This document shows positions 46,691-55,487 of a DNA stretch of 64,000 bases, one piece after another. The first letter of the stretch is position 1; each line of letters opens with the position of its first letter. The position numbers and the translations under genes are program-made. The DNA is taken from positions 701 to 64,700 of the forward strand of contig JBBRDN010000002.1 in assembly GCA_038203875.1 (NCBI GenBank), written 5' to 3'. Below the pieces are notes generated by a model. That model had not been told where the DNA came from and did no database searches. It saw only the letters and a list, made by a program, of their open reading frames with translations. Source of the stretch: Verrucomicrobiota bacterium. GTDB taxonomy: Bacteria > Verrucomicrobiota > Verrucomicrobiia > Limisphaerales > CANJSG01.

Positions 46691-47476
46691 TCAGAGCAGC
46701 TGGAAGCGCTTCCACCACTCAACTATCTGGGTCTGGAACCAGATGAAGAAGAAGTTTGTCAGGTTGAACAGACAATGGGTCGCGATCGGCACAAGCAGGT
46801 TGCCGCTGCGGACGTAGAGCCACGCCAGCAAAGCCCCGAACAGCGTCAGCGGAATGAAGGAGATCTTGTTGAAGTGGGAAAGACCGAAGATCACGGCCGT
46901 GCCCCAGATCGCCACCCGGAACCAACCGCGATCGCGGAAGAACGGAACGAGGATCCCCCGGAAGAGCAGTTCCTCGATGACGGGGGCCATCACGACGGCC
47001 GCGACTCCATAGTAGATTCGACGCCACGCCGGCAGCTCGCCCTGAAGGATCTGCACCACCTGCTGGGGCGGCGCTGCGACGTTGACCTGGGTCAACGCGA
47101 TGGCCGACAGCTGCTGGAGCGCCCAGGCCATCGGCAGGAAAACCAGGACCGCGGCGATGCTGACAAACGAATTGGAAAACCAGCGTCCGCTCCGGAAACC
47201 AAACGCCTCGGACCAGGTCATCTTGTGCCGCGAGAGGAACAGGCTCACCCAGATGATCGTGCCGGCCTGCAGCCCGGTGTTCCCGAGAAGCATGGTGAAG
47301 AATTCGGCGTTCTCCTTGGTCATGCCCGGCCAGAATTTGGTGACTCCCAGACCGATCGACATGGCGATGAAGACCGACGTGAACACGCCGAGGAACAGCG
47401 TGAACACTTCGTATTTGTCCCATTTCTTTGCTGATAACACCGGCCGGAATCTCCGGTCCGCCGAATCAAACTTCAA
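46691..47476 (-). CDS. CPBP family intramembrane glutamic endopeptidase
   Basis: VIEELLFRG, FGLSHF and HCLFNL motif set. The start is uncertain (TTG 47476 or GTG 47440). Confidence 0.78.
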   Translation of the reverse strand: MKFDSADRRFRPVLSAKKWDKYEVFTLFLGVFTSVFIAMSIGLGVTKFWPGMTKENAEFFTMLLGNTGLQAGTIIWVSLFLSRHKMTWSEAFGFRSGRWFSNSFVSIAAVLVFLPMAWALQQLSAIALTQVNVAAPPQQVVQILQGELPAWRRIYYGVAAVVMAPVIEELLFRGILVPFFRDRGWFRVAIWGTAVIFGLSHFNKISFIPLTLFGALLAWLYVRSGNLLVPIATHCLFNLTNFFFIWFQTQIVEWWKRFQLL

Positions 47477-47508
47477 TCGCGGACTCTGCAGTCACGTTTC
47501 TCCACGCG

Positions 47509-48753
47509 ATGGTGTTTGGCGGCTTCGTCCGGGTTTGTCAGGTTGGCTCCGTGCCTGAACACGCCCCATCCGCCGCCGACCCGATCGCCACTTGGTTCGA
47601 CCATCTTAAACGCAGCCTGACGGAAGGTCGGTTCGTCCGTGTCACCCTCTCGGCCACCAAGGACCACTCGTTGCCGGAACGGATCATCGGCCGACTGGTT
47701 GAGCTGAAGGAAGGCACGCACCTCAGCTGCACCCTGCGCCGCAGCAACAAGGACGAGACGAAGAATATCCCTCTCGCCACCGCCGCGACCTGGCTACGTG
47801 ACCGGGTCGGCCACGAGTTCCGATCAGCCCTGCTTCAGACCACATCGCGTGACTGGCAACTCCACGCGAACCCCAAGGGCCTGTGGAAGCTCGTCGCACA
47901 CAAGGCGACGACCTCGCAGGCGCCGGATCGCACGCACAACACGGCTTCGCAATACTTGTTGGCGGCAAGCGCAGCCGACTGGCTCGCCGGCCTCGGCGTC
48001 GTCGATACCGACGGGCGCGTCCGGGAAAGGATGGGCGACAAACACCGCCAGATTCAGCGTTATACGGAAATCCTGAACCACCTCGTCCGCGACCTCGACT
48101 GGCAACAGGACAACGCCGCCCCGGTCATCGCCGACATGGGCTCAGGCAAGGCCTACCTGACCTTCGCAGTCTGGCAATTGCTTCGACGCCAGATGGGGAT
48201 CAAGGCCCGCATCATCGGCGTGGAAGAACGGCCCGAACTCGTGCAGACATGCACCGCCCTTGCCTCGAAGATCAAGGCGGATGGGCTGGAGTTTCGAGCG
48301 GGTGACATTGCGTCGGCCGACCTGCCGGCGATCGATGGACTCATCGCATTGCACGCCTGCAACACCGCCACCGACGCGGCCATTCTCCGCGGCATCGACT
48401 CCGGCGCGCGGCTGATCGTGGTCGCCCCGTGCTGCCACAAGGAAGTGCGGCCGCAGCTCGGTTCACCCGTGGCTTTGGCGCCGGTCCTCGCGCACGGTTT
48501 ATTCAAAGAACGGTTCGCCGAATGGGTGACGGATGGCTTGCGGACTCTGTTCCTCGAGTGGGCGGGCTACAAAGTCCGCGTGATCGAGTTTGTCGACGCC
48601 GGCCACACGCCGAAGAACTTGATGCTCGCGGCGGTCCGCGTGGCGGAGCCGTTCAGTCAGAAGGAAGTCTGGGAGCAGATCGTCAGCCTGAAAACATTCG
48701 CAGGCGTTGGCCACCATGCTTTGGACGAGCTTCTCACGCATGTCCACCCGTAG
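47509..48753 (+). CDS. class I SAM-dependent methyltransferase-like protein
   Basis: VIADMGSGKAYLTF (motif I), IIGVEERPELV and DGLIALHACNTATD. ATG 47509 avoids overlap with the divergent CPBP gene. Confidence 0.7.
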   Translation: MVFGGFVRVCQVGSVPEHAPSAADPIATWFDHLKRSLTEGRFVRVTLSATKDHSLPERIIGRLVELKEGTHLSCTLRRSNKDETKNIPLATAATWLRDRVGHEFRSALLQTTSRDWQLHANPKGLWKLVAHKATTSQAPDRTHNTASQYLLAASAADWLAGLGVVDTDGRVRERMGDKHRQIQRYTEILNHLVRDLDWQQDNAAPVIADMGSGKAYLTFAVWQLLRRQMGIKARIIGVEERPELVQTCTALASKIKADGLEFRAGDIASADLPAIDGLIALHACNTATDAAILRGIDSGARLIVVAPCCHKEVRPQLGSPVALAPVLAHGLFKERFAEWVTDGLRTLFLEWAGYKVRVIEFVDAGHTPKNLMLAAVRVAEPFSQKEVWEQIVSLKTFAGVGHHALDELLTHVHP

Positions 48754-49000
48754 CCGCTGAGGTGATTTCCGGGGCTGCCGACGTCGTCAAAGGCATGCTC
48801 GAACTGCTGCCCGGCAACGACGGAGTTGTCCGTAGCCGAGGGCGCGTTGGTCATACACGCCAGTCGGCCGGATCGCGTGGACATGGTTTCTGGTTTCATT
48901 GACAGAAGTGCTCTTAAAAGCGCGCTTTTCGGCCCAAAGCTGTGCGGCAGGCGCGGGTGGTCGACATTCTCCGCCGCCGCCTGGGCGGCGCGAACTTTCT

Positions 49001-49327
49001 TCAAATCTTTTCCCGGGATACCGGCGTTTCAGACGCGCTTTTGGAGCGAAGTTTCCGCCGAACAAATAATGTGAGTCCAACGGCCGCGATGCCCGGAAGG
49101 AGAACGAAAATCACATATGGATAGACGAAGTATGCAAGGCCGGAGGATAGGTATTCCGGAGAATAGCGGTCTGGCGGGCCATCCAGAATGAGGACTGCGA
49201 CAGCAACAAGAACGAGACTTACCAGTGCAGTTCTGAGGCAGAGATTCCAGAAAGTCCGCCGATGAAACCACGCCAGAAGTCCGCCGACAAAAACGGCAAC
49301 AATACTGAAAAGTAAGAGAGCTTCCAT
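49001..49327 (-). CDS. hypothetical membrane protein
   Basis: ATG 49327 (MEALLLFSIVAVFVGGLLAWF...). Three hydrophobic helices. Low-GC stretch. I recognised no family. Confidence 0.45.
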   Translation of the reverse strand: MEALLLFSIVAVFVGGLLAWFHRRTFWNLCLRTALVSLVLVAVAVLILDGPPDRYSPEYLSSGLAYFVYPYVIFVLLPGIAAVGLTLFVRRKLRSKSASETPVSREKI

Positions 49328-49397
49328 AGGTGGCCACCTTCCGTTACTCGAGTCGTGATATCTATATCCGTAGTAGATCGGCCCCCACGCGCGGAGG

Positions 49398-51194
49398 CTA
49401 CTTTGATTCAACCACACTGGTGGTGCGGAACAGCGGGGGAAGCGGATCGATGCGCTGAAGCTTGCCGCCCGGCCAAACGACAGTCACCTCATCGACCTTT
49501 CCGCCGCCCAGGCCAAAGGTGATCGGCAATTCGGACTGCGACAGGTAGCCGCGCGTCGGCATGACCTGACGATGGAGCACCTGGGTCCCCGAACGCACCC
49601 GGACCCACGCCCCGATCGCGTCGCGGTTGGCCGAGGTGCCGATCAGCTTCAGTCGGAGCCAATTCTTCCCAGCCTTGAGATCGTTCCGCAGGAGCAACGG
49701 CGGTCCGCCGATTTGGGTCAGCACGACGTCCAGATCGCCGTCGCCGTCGATGTCGGCAAAGGCCGAGCCGCGTCCGACGATCGGCGGGAACAGGTTCGTC
49801 GCCGAGCCGACGGCCGGAGCCAGTTCAAACCCTTCCAACTTGGCGCCCCGACGATTCCAGAAAAGCTGGGCCGACTGCCGGTAGCGCTGATCGGGAAACG
49901 CCTTGGCAATCTCGGGTTCGATGTGGCCGTTGGACGTCAGGAGATCGAGATGCCCGTCGAGATCGTAGTCGAAGAAGCAGACGCCGAAGGTGAGCGCGTG
50001 CCGGCTGGCGTTGCCGATGCCGAGGCCGATGGCCTCATCGGCGAACATCATGGGATCACGCCGCGAGACGTAGAGCGCGGTCATCTCGTTGGCGAAATTC
50101 CCGATCGCAACACCCATCGCGCTGTCGTCGAACCGCGCGGTGTCGATGCCCATGGCGCCACGTATGCCGCCAAAGCTGTCGAGGGCGATGTAGCTGCGCA
50201 TGCCGATCTCCTTGAAGGTGCCGTTGCGTTCGTTGTGGAAGACGAAGTTGCGCACGGTGTCGTTCGCCACGATCAGGTCGATCCACCCATCGCCGTCGAG
50301 ATCGACCGGCGCGACACCGAGCGCCTTGGCCAGCGGACCGCCATTGGAGGTGTTCGTGACGCGGATGCCGGCCGCTTCGGAGACGTCGGTGAACCGGCCG
50401 TTCCCGTCGTTGCGGAACAGTTGGCAATGCAGCCCCTCGTAGTTCATGGGCGGTCCATAGGCGCGGCCGATCCCGGGCAGCGTGTAGTTCACCTTGCGGT
50501 CGATCTCCGGCGACCAACGAACGTAGCTGGCGATGAAGAGATCAAGCCGGCCGTCGTTGTTGAAATCGATGAACGAGGCGCTGGTGTTCCATGTGTTGGT
50601 CCCTCCGGCGATGCCCGCAAACGAAGTGACATCACGAAATTTGCCGGCGCCCAGATTGCGGAACAAACGGCTGCCACCGACGCCCGTGATCAAGACGTCG
50701 ACCCAGCCGTCGTTGTCGTAGTCGCCTACGGCGACGCCCATGCCGTAAAGCGGCACGTCGAGCCCGGAACCGGCGGTCACATCGGTGAACCGGCCGGAGC
50801 CGTCGTTGCGATACAAGGCAGCCGTAGTTTGTCCGGCGTTCCGGTCCCAACCGGTGCCGTTGATAAAGAGAAGATCGGGCGCGCCGTCGGCATCGAAGTC
50901 GAGGAACGCGACACCGCCACCCATGGTTTCCGGCAGCCACTTGGAGCCGGTCGCACCGTTGTTGTGGATGAACGAAATTCCGGCCGCCTTCGTGATGTCG
51001 GAAAACGCCGCAGCCGGAGCCAACGCGGATTTGCCCGATGCATCGGAGGCTAGTTGACCCGATGTCCGCGACTTCATCACGAACGCCAGCGCTCCCAACA
51101 GGAGGACCGCCGCCAGGACGAGGACTCCGAAAACCCAGACGAACTGGCGCGTCGCGCTGCCGGCGATGGCGTTGGGCTTAGGCGGGGGCTTCAC
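49398..51194 (-). CDS. CRTAC1-family protein (FG-GAP/VCBS repeats plus ASPIC/UnbV-like C-terminus)
   Basis: Repeated Ca-binding-like loops DFDADGAPDL, DYDNDGWVDV, DFNNDGRLDL, DLDGDGWIDL, DYDLDGHLDL and DIDGDGDLDV. C-terminal GAWVRV...RGYLSQSE. GTG start. Confidence 0.8.
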   Translation of the reverse strand: MKPPPKPNAIAGSATRQFVWVFGVLVLAAVLLLGALAFVMKSRTSGQLASDASGKSALAPAAAFSDITKAAGISFIHNNGATGSKWLPETMGGGVAFLDFDADGAPDLLFINGTGWDRNAGQTTAALYRNDGSGRFTDVTAGSGLDVPLYGMGVAVGDYDNDGWVDVLITGVGGSRLFRNLGAGKFRDVTSFAGIAGGTNTWNTSASFIDFNNDGRLDLFIASYVRWSPEIDRKVNYTLPGIGRAYGPPMNYEGLHCQLFRNDGNGRFTDVSEAAGIRVTNTSNGGPLAKALGVAPVDLDGDGWIDLIVANDTVRNFVFHNERNGTFKEIGMRSYIALDSFGGIRGAMGIDTARFDDSAMGVAIGNFANEMTALYVSRRDPMMFADEAIGLGIGNASRHALTFGVCFFDYDLDGHLDLLTSNGHIEPEIAKAFPDQRYRQSAQLFWNRRGAKLEGFELAPAVGSATNLFPPIVGRGSAFADIDGDGDLDVVLTQIGGPPLLLRNDLKAGKNWLRLKLIGTSANRDAIGAWVRVRSGTQVLHRQVMPTRGYLSQSELPITFGLGGGKVDEVTVVWPGGKLQRIDPLPPLFRTTSVVESK

Positions 51195-51275
51195 AGTGCG
51201 GAGAGACTAGGACGCCTCCACCGACGATGTCATGCGCCGAACAACCGGGGCTTCTCCTGTCCGGAATCCCGCTCC

Positions 51276-52190
51276 ATGCTCCGCGCGTTCATGGCAGCCG
51301 ACCCCATCCAGTTCTTCAACCGTTACACGGGCCGCGTCGAGACCGAGCAGGTCTATGGCGAAGCCTTCATGCGACTGGTCTACGGCAATCCGCTCGGCAT
51401 CGCGGTGCTGCACGCGGTGGCCAAACGCGCCCTCTTCTCACGCTGGTATGGCTGGCGCATGAACCGCACTGTCAGCCGGGCCAAGGTCGCGCCGTTCATC
51501 CGCAACTACGGACTGGATCCGGCGGAGTTCGCGGACGCGCCCGAGTCCTTCCGCACGTTCAACGAGTTCTTCTACCGCAAACTGAAACCCTCGGCCCGGC
51601 CGGTGGACGCGGCTCCGGACGTCGCGGTGTTCCCGGCCGATGGACGCCATCTTGCGTTGCAGGACGTTTCGACCGCAGAAGGATTCTACGTGAAGGGCCA
51701 GCGGATGAACCTCGCTGACCTTTTCGCCGATGCCGCGCTGGCAAAGGAGTTCGCAGGCGGAACGATCGTCTTCTCGCGGCTTTGTCCGGTGGACTATCAC
51801 CGGTTCCACTTCCCGGTATCCGGCATCGCACCGGCCCCTCGCCTGATCAACGGCCCGCTCTACTCGGTCAGCCCGATCGCACTGCGGCGAAACCTCGCCT
51901 ACCTCTGCGAGAACAAGCGATCACTGTCCGTGATCGAGTCCGAAAGGTTCGGACGAGTCGTCACGTTGGAAGTCGGCGCGACCAACGTCGGGAGCTGGGA
52001 CTACACATTCACGGCCGGCAGCCGCGTGGAGAAAGGCCAGGAGAAGGGGTTTTTCAAGTTCGGAGGTTCGCTTACGATCACGGTGTTCCGGCAAGGCGTG
52101 GTGCGATTGGAGCCCGATCTCATGGAGAACGGAGCACGCCAACGGGAAGTCTATGCCAAGATCGGTGATCGCATGGCGACACTGCGGTGA
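51276..52190 (+). CDS. psd: phosphatidylserine decarboxylase proenzyme
   Basis: FNEFFYRKLKP, CPVDYHRFHFP and FKFGGS (self-cleavage site region). Confidence 0.88.
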   Translation: MLRAFMAADPIQFFNRYTGRVETEQVYGEAFMRLVYGNPLGIAVLHAVAKRALFSRWYGWRMNRTVSRAKVAPFIRNYGLDPAEFADAPESFRTFNEFFYRKLKPSARPVDAAPDVAVFPADGRHLALQDVSTAEGFYVKGQRMNLADLFADAALAKEFAGGTIVFSRLCPVDYHRFHFPVSGIAPAPRLINGPLYSVSPIALRRNLAYLCENKRSLSVIESERFGRVVTLEVGATNVGSWDYTFTAGSRVEKGQEKGFFKFGGSLTITVFRQGVVRLEPDLMENGARQREVYAKIGDRMATLR

Positions 52191-52200
52191 TGTCCGAATG

Positions 52201-52258
52201 ACGAAGGCCAAGGGCGAAACGAATCAGTCGCCCCGAACTCTCGGGCCTTGGCCTTCGT
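52201..52258. repeat. perfect 13-bp inverted repeat between convergent genes
   Basis: acgaaggccaagg (52201-52213) and ccttggccttcgt (52246-52258), with a 32-nt spacer containing an inner gggcga/tcgccc hairpin. Confidence 0.45.
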
Positions 52259-52264
52259 GCTTCG

Positions 52265-53182
52265 TCATTTCTTCGCCATCTTGGTGCGGGCGGCTTCGAG
52301 GACCTTCTTCTCCCGGTCCGTCAGGCTCTGGATGCCGTGGGCGGAGATCTTGTCGAGGATGGGATCCACCTCCCGGCTGATGTAGTCCGGGGTCACCTCT
52401 GGCACCGAAGCGGAAGCCGTCGGCCTTGCGACGCGAGGTCCAGCCGGCTGCGATGAGCGGCCCGACGTCTTGGGCTCTCCCTTGAATCTCTTGAACCAGG
52501 CGGTGAACGAAAACTCGCTGGTCCAAATCCATTTCACAAAAGCCATGCCGAAGAGCAGTCCGCCCAAGTGAGCGCCATGGGCGACGCCGCCGCTGGGAAT
52601 CAGGATTCCCGTAATCGAAAAGAAGAGGGCAATCCAGAGAAGGAAGATCGCCCGGAATGTCACCGGAAACACGAGGAAGAGGTGCACCGTGATCATCCTG
52701 TGCGGCTCGATGAGCGCGAAGGCGGCGGTCAGGGCGAACGTCGCTGCGGATGCCCCCACTACCTGGCTCCCGAAGTGCAACGGCGCCGCAGCCGACAGGG
52801 CGATCTGCAGCAAGCCACCGATGATCCCCCCTCCCAAATACAGCTTCAGCAACTGGCGAGGCCCCATCAGGTCCTCCAAGTGCCGGCCGAAAAACCAGGT
52901 CGCAAGCATATTGAAGGCAAGATGCAGGATTCCCTGGTGGAGGAACTGGTAGGTCACCAGTTGCCAGAGGAATCCATGGCCGATACCCGCCGGCCCCAGC
53001 GCCAGATACTTCCCGACAAACGCACCGACAATGGATTGGCCCGATGCCGGGTCGGTCGTCCAATAGGTGGCCGTTCCTTCGACCAGATACACCGCGGCGT
53101 TGATGAGGATCAGCACCACCGTCACGGGAACGCCGCGGCTTCGCCACGAAGGCTCCTGCATGTAGCTACGGTCGTGAATCAT
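52265..53182 (-). CDS. rhomboid family intramembrane serine protease
   Basis: HLAFNM, GASAATFAL (Ser) and AHLGGLLFG (His), plus a cytoplasmic C-terminal tail. Confidence 0.85.
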   Translation of the reverse strand: MIHDRSYMQEPSWRSRGVPVTVVLILINAAVYLVEGTATYWTTDPASGQSIVGAFVGKYLALGPAGIGHGFLWQLVTYQFLHQGILHLAFNMLATWFFGRHLEDLMGPRQLLKLYLGGGIIGGLLQIALSAAAPLHFGSQVVGASAATFALTAAFALIEPHRMITVHLFLVFPVTFRAIFLLWIALFFSITGILIPSGGVAHGAHLGGLLFGMAFVKWIWTSEFSFTAWFKRFKGEPKTSGRSSQPAGPRVARPTASASVPEVTPDYISREVDPILDKISAHGIQSLTDREKKVLEAARTKMAKK

Positions 53183-53292
53183 TGATGTGCAATCATACTA
53201 GGACCTCCGCATGGAATCGGCAATCCGCCGTCGTGTTTTCAATTCAACCTCGCCCCAACCCTTCGATCCAGAGGTCCGTCGAGCAAGCCGGC

Positions 53293-53985
53293 TTATCCCG
53301 GTCCAGTCGCGGACTTATCCACTCCGGCGGACTTCTTCAGCCGGGTGAAGAACCATTGGGAGAAGACAATTCCCATCATCATGCCGCCAAGGTGCGCGTC
53401 GTGAGCGACCTTCGCCTTCGTATCCACCATGCAAACGACGCCCACGACGAGGAAGAGGATGAACATCCCCTGCCCCGTCCACGTGTAGTTGATCCTGCCG
53501 CCGAGGAAGCTGCTGGTGAACCGTTCGGTCCAATGCGCCCACGCGAACGACCCGATCAATCCGTAGAGCCCGGCCGATGCACCGACGACCGCCACCTTGC
53601 CGTAGTGGAACGGGAAGACCCATCCGAGGACACAATGCGCCAATCCGCCGACCACCCCGGTCACCAGATAAAGCACGAGCATGGCGAACCCGCCCCGCGC
53701 CACCTCCAACGGCCGACCGAAGAACGAAAGGCCCATCAGATTGAGGACGAGATGCGACAGGTTGACGTGGAGGAACTGGAAGGTGAGGAGTTGCCAGAAC
53801 TTCCCCGCCTGCACGTCCCGCGGCAGCAGGCGCAGCTCCCGATACCAGAGTTCGGCCAGTTCGGGATTCCTCATCCGCAGCCAATACTCGACGGCGAACA
53901 CCAGCGTGTTGAGGAAGACGAGGACAAGCCAGACTTGGGGGAACTTCGAGGACTTGGTGCTGGGCGCGGGCGCTTGGCCGGACAT
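53293..53985 (-). CDS. rhomboid family intramembrane serine protease (second copy)
   Basis: FLHVNLSHLVLNL, GASAGLYGLIG and AHLGGMMMG. Confidence 0.8.
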   Translation of the reverse strand: MSGQAPAPSTKSSKFPQVWLVLVFLNTLVFAVEYWLRMRNPELAELWYRELRLLPRDVQAGKFWQLLTFQFLHVNLSHLVLNLMGLSFFGRPLEVARGGFAMLVLYLVTGVVGGLAHCVLGWVFPFHYGKVAVVGASAGLYGLIGSFAWAHWTERFTSSFLGGRINYTWTGQGMFILFLVVGVVCMVDTKAKVAHDAHLGGMMMGIVFSQWFFTRLKKSAGVDKSATGPG

Positions 53986-54098
53986 CTGGGGGTGAAGCTA
54001 GGTTTTCATGGAACGCCGGTTCAATGGATTTCCGGAGGAATGCAGAGCCTTCGCTGCTGACATCGCGTTCACCCGCCGCTACAAACCGCCATCTCCCT

Positions 54099-54734
54099 AT
54101 GCGAAACCGACTCTTCCTCACCCTCCTCTCATGCCTCGCCGCCATCGGAACGGCGCGGGCCGCCACCACTTCGCTCTTCGACGGCAAGTCGTTCGCCGGT
54201 TGGGACGGCGACACCAACAAGATCTGGCGGATCACCGACGGCTGCATCGTCGGCGGAACGCTCGCGGCGAAGGTCAAACAGAACGAGTTCCTCGCGACCA
54301 CGCGCAACTACACGAACTTCGTCCTGAAGGTGAAGTTCAAGCTGCTCGGCGATTCCAAGAAGGACTTCGTCAATTCCGGCGTCCAGATCCGCAGCCAACG
54401 CCGCGCGGGCGACAGCGAGATGATCGGCTACCAGTGCGATCTCGGCGATCCGACGTGGTGGGGCTCGGTCTACGACGAATCGCGCCGCAACAAGCTCATG
54501 GCGCAGTCGGACATGAAAGCCGTCGAGTCGGTCCTCAAGCGGAACGAGTGGAACGACTACCAGGTCCACGCCGTAGGCCGTCGCATCCGCACCTGGATCA
54601 ACGGAGTCCTCGCCGTCGACTACACCGAAGCCGATGAAAAGATCATCCAATGGGGCCGCATCGGTCTCCAGATCCACGGCGGCGGTCCGGCGGAAGTGTC
54701 CTTCAAGGACGTCGCCATCGAGGAACTTCCCTAG
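54099..54734 (+). CDS. DUF1080 (3-keto-disaccharide hydrolase-like) protein
   Basis: Signal peptide MRNRLFLTLLSCLAAIGTARA; LFDGKSFAGWDG...W.ITDG; NFVLKVKFKL; IGLQIHGGG...FKDVAIEEL. Confidence 0.85.
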   Translation: MRNRLFLTLLSCLAAIGTARAATTSLFDGKSFAGWDGDTNKIWRITDGCIVGGTLAAKVKQNEFLATTRNYTNFVLKVKFKLLGDSKKDFVNSGVQIRSQRRAGDSEMIGYQCDLGDPTWWGSVYDESRRNKLMAQSDMKAVESVLKRNEWNDYQVHAVGRRIRTWINGVLAVDYTEADEKIIQWGRIGLQIHGGGPAEVSFKDVAIEELP

Positions 54735-54891
54735 ACCAAGGACAGCAAGAGCGCGCGGTTCCTGAACGAGTCGATCGTGCCGGAAGGGTCGCACGAGTTT
54801 CGCAACCAGCAGCACGGGACCGATTTGTTCGCCCCTCTCCGGACGCTGAAATAGGCCGGGTGTCCTGGCCCGGCGCGGCTTTTGGAAACAA

Positions 54892-55446
54892 CTAGCAACC
54901 ACCAACCTTAAAGCGCTTCGCACGCTCAAGTGCATCTTGCGGTGAGCTGCCATCCCAAGCGAATTCGAATGTTTTTTGGCTACCGCCCTTACTGAAAGAG
55001 AGAGTGATCACCCGGTCGCGAATCCGAGCTGAAGCCCAATCAAACGAGTAACCTTCATCCAAGCTCACTCCTTCAAAAATGCCATGGACAAGGCGTTCGG
55101 CGGTTCGTCTCACGTCTTCCCATCTGAAATCTCGAGCGGCCGAAGAAACAACCTCGCAGTAATCGATTCGGTTAAAGCAAAGGTTTAGGCCAGTTGAGTT
55201 AATCCAGCGGACGCGATCACCATCCACAATAGCATCGACCAAGTAGTCACAACACCCTTCGCAGCCACAGTCGCATCTGCCGACAAGCATTTTGCCTCCT
55301 GAAGTTAGAGCTGCCTGCGAGAAAAAGTGCGGTGGGTCAATGCCGAGATAATCGAGACCGAGCCAATCTTCTCCATCGACCCAGATTCGAGCTTGATGAT
55401 CATTCGACGATTCACTGGGCAGAATCTCGAAGGCCAAGGTATTCAC
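54892..55446 (-). CDS. hypothetical protein with a CDCGCEGCC cysteine cluster
   Basis: 184-aa ORF in a markedly low-GC islet. GTG start. I recognised no family. Confidence 0.5.
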   Translation of the reverse strand: MNTLAFEILPSESSNDHQARIWVDGEDWLGLDYLGIDPPHFFSQAALTSGGKMLVGRCDCGCEGCCDYLVDAIVDGDRVRWINSTGLNLCFNRIDYCEVVSSAARDFRWEDVRRTAERLVHGIFEGVSLDEGYSFDWASARIRDRVITLSFSKGGSQKTFEFAWDGSSPQDALERAKRFKVGGC

Positions 55447-55487
55447 GGAACCAAAGTAGCTGTCGGCTTCAGAACTGTTTTAGAGAT

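Noticed and set aside
48657-49004. 115-aa minus-strand ORF (TTG start) in the 250-bp gap between the methyltransferase gene and the membrane protein gene.
   Set aside because: It overlaps the 3' end of the plus-strand methyltransferase gene by about 100 nt, has a weak start and no recognisable features. It is probably spurious. The gap is left unannotated.
52265-53985. Two rhomboid protease genes in tandem.
   Set aside because: Both have intact Ser/His motifs and differ in length and tails. Ordinary paralogs are the simplest reading, and nothing in the sequence suggests a special system.
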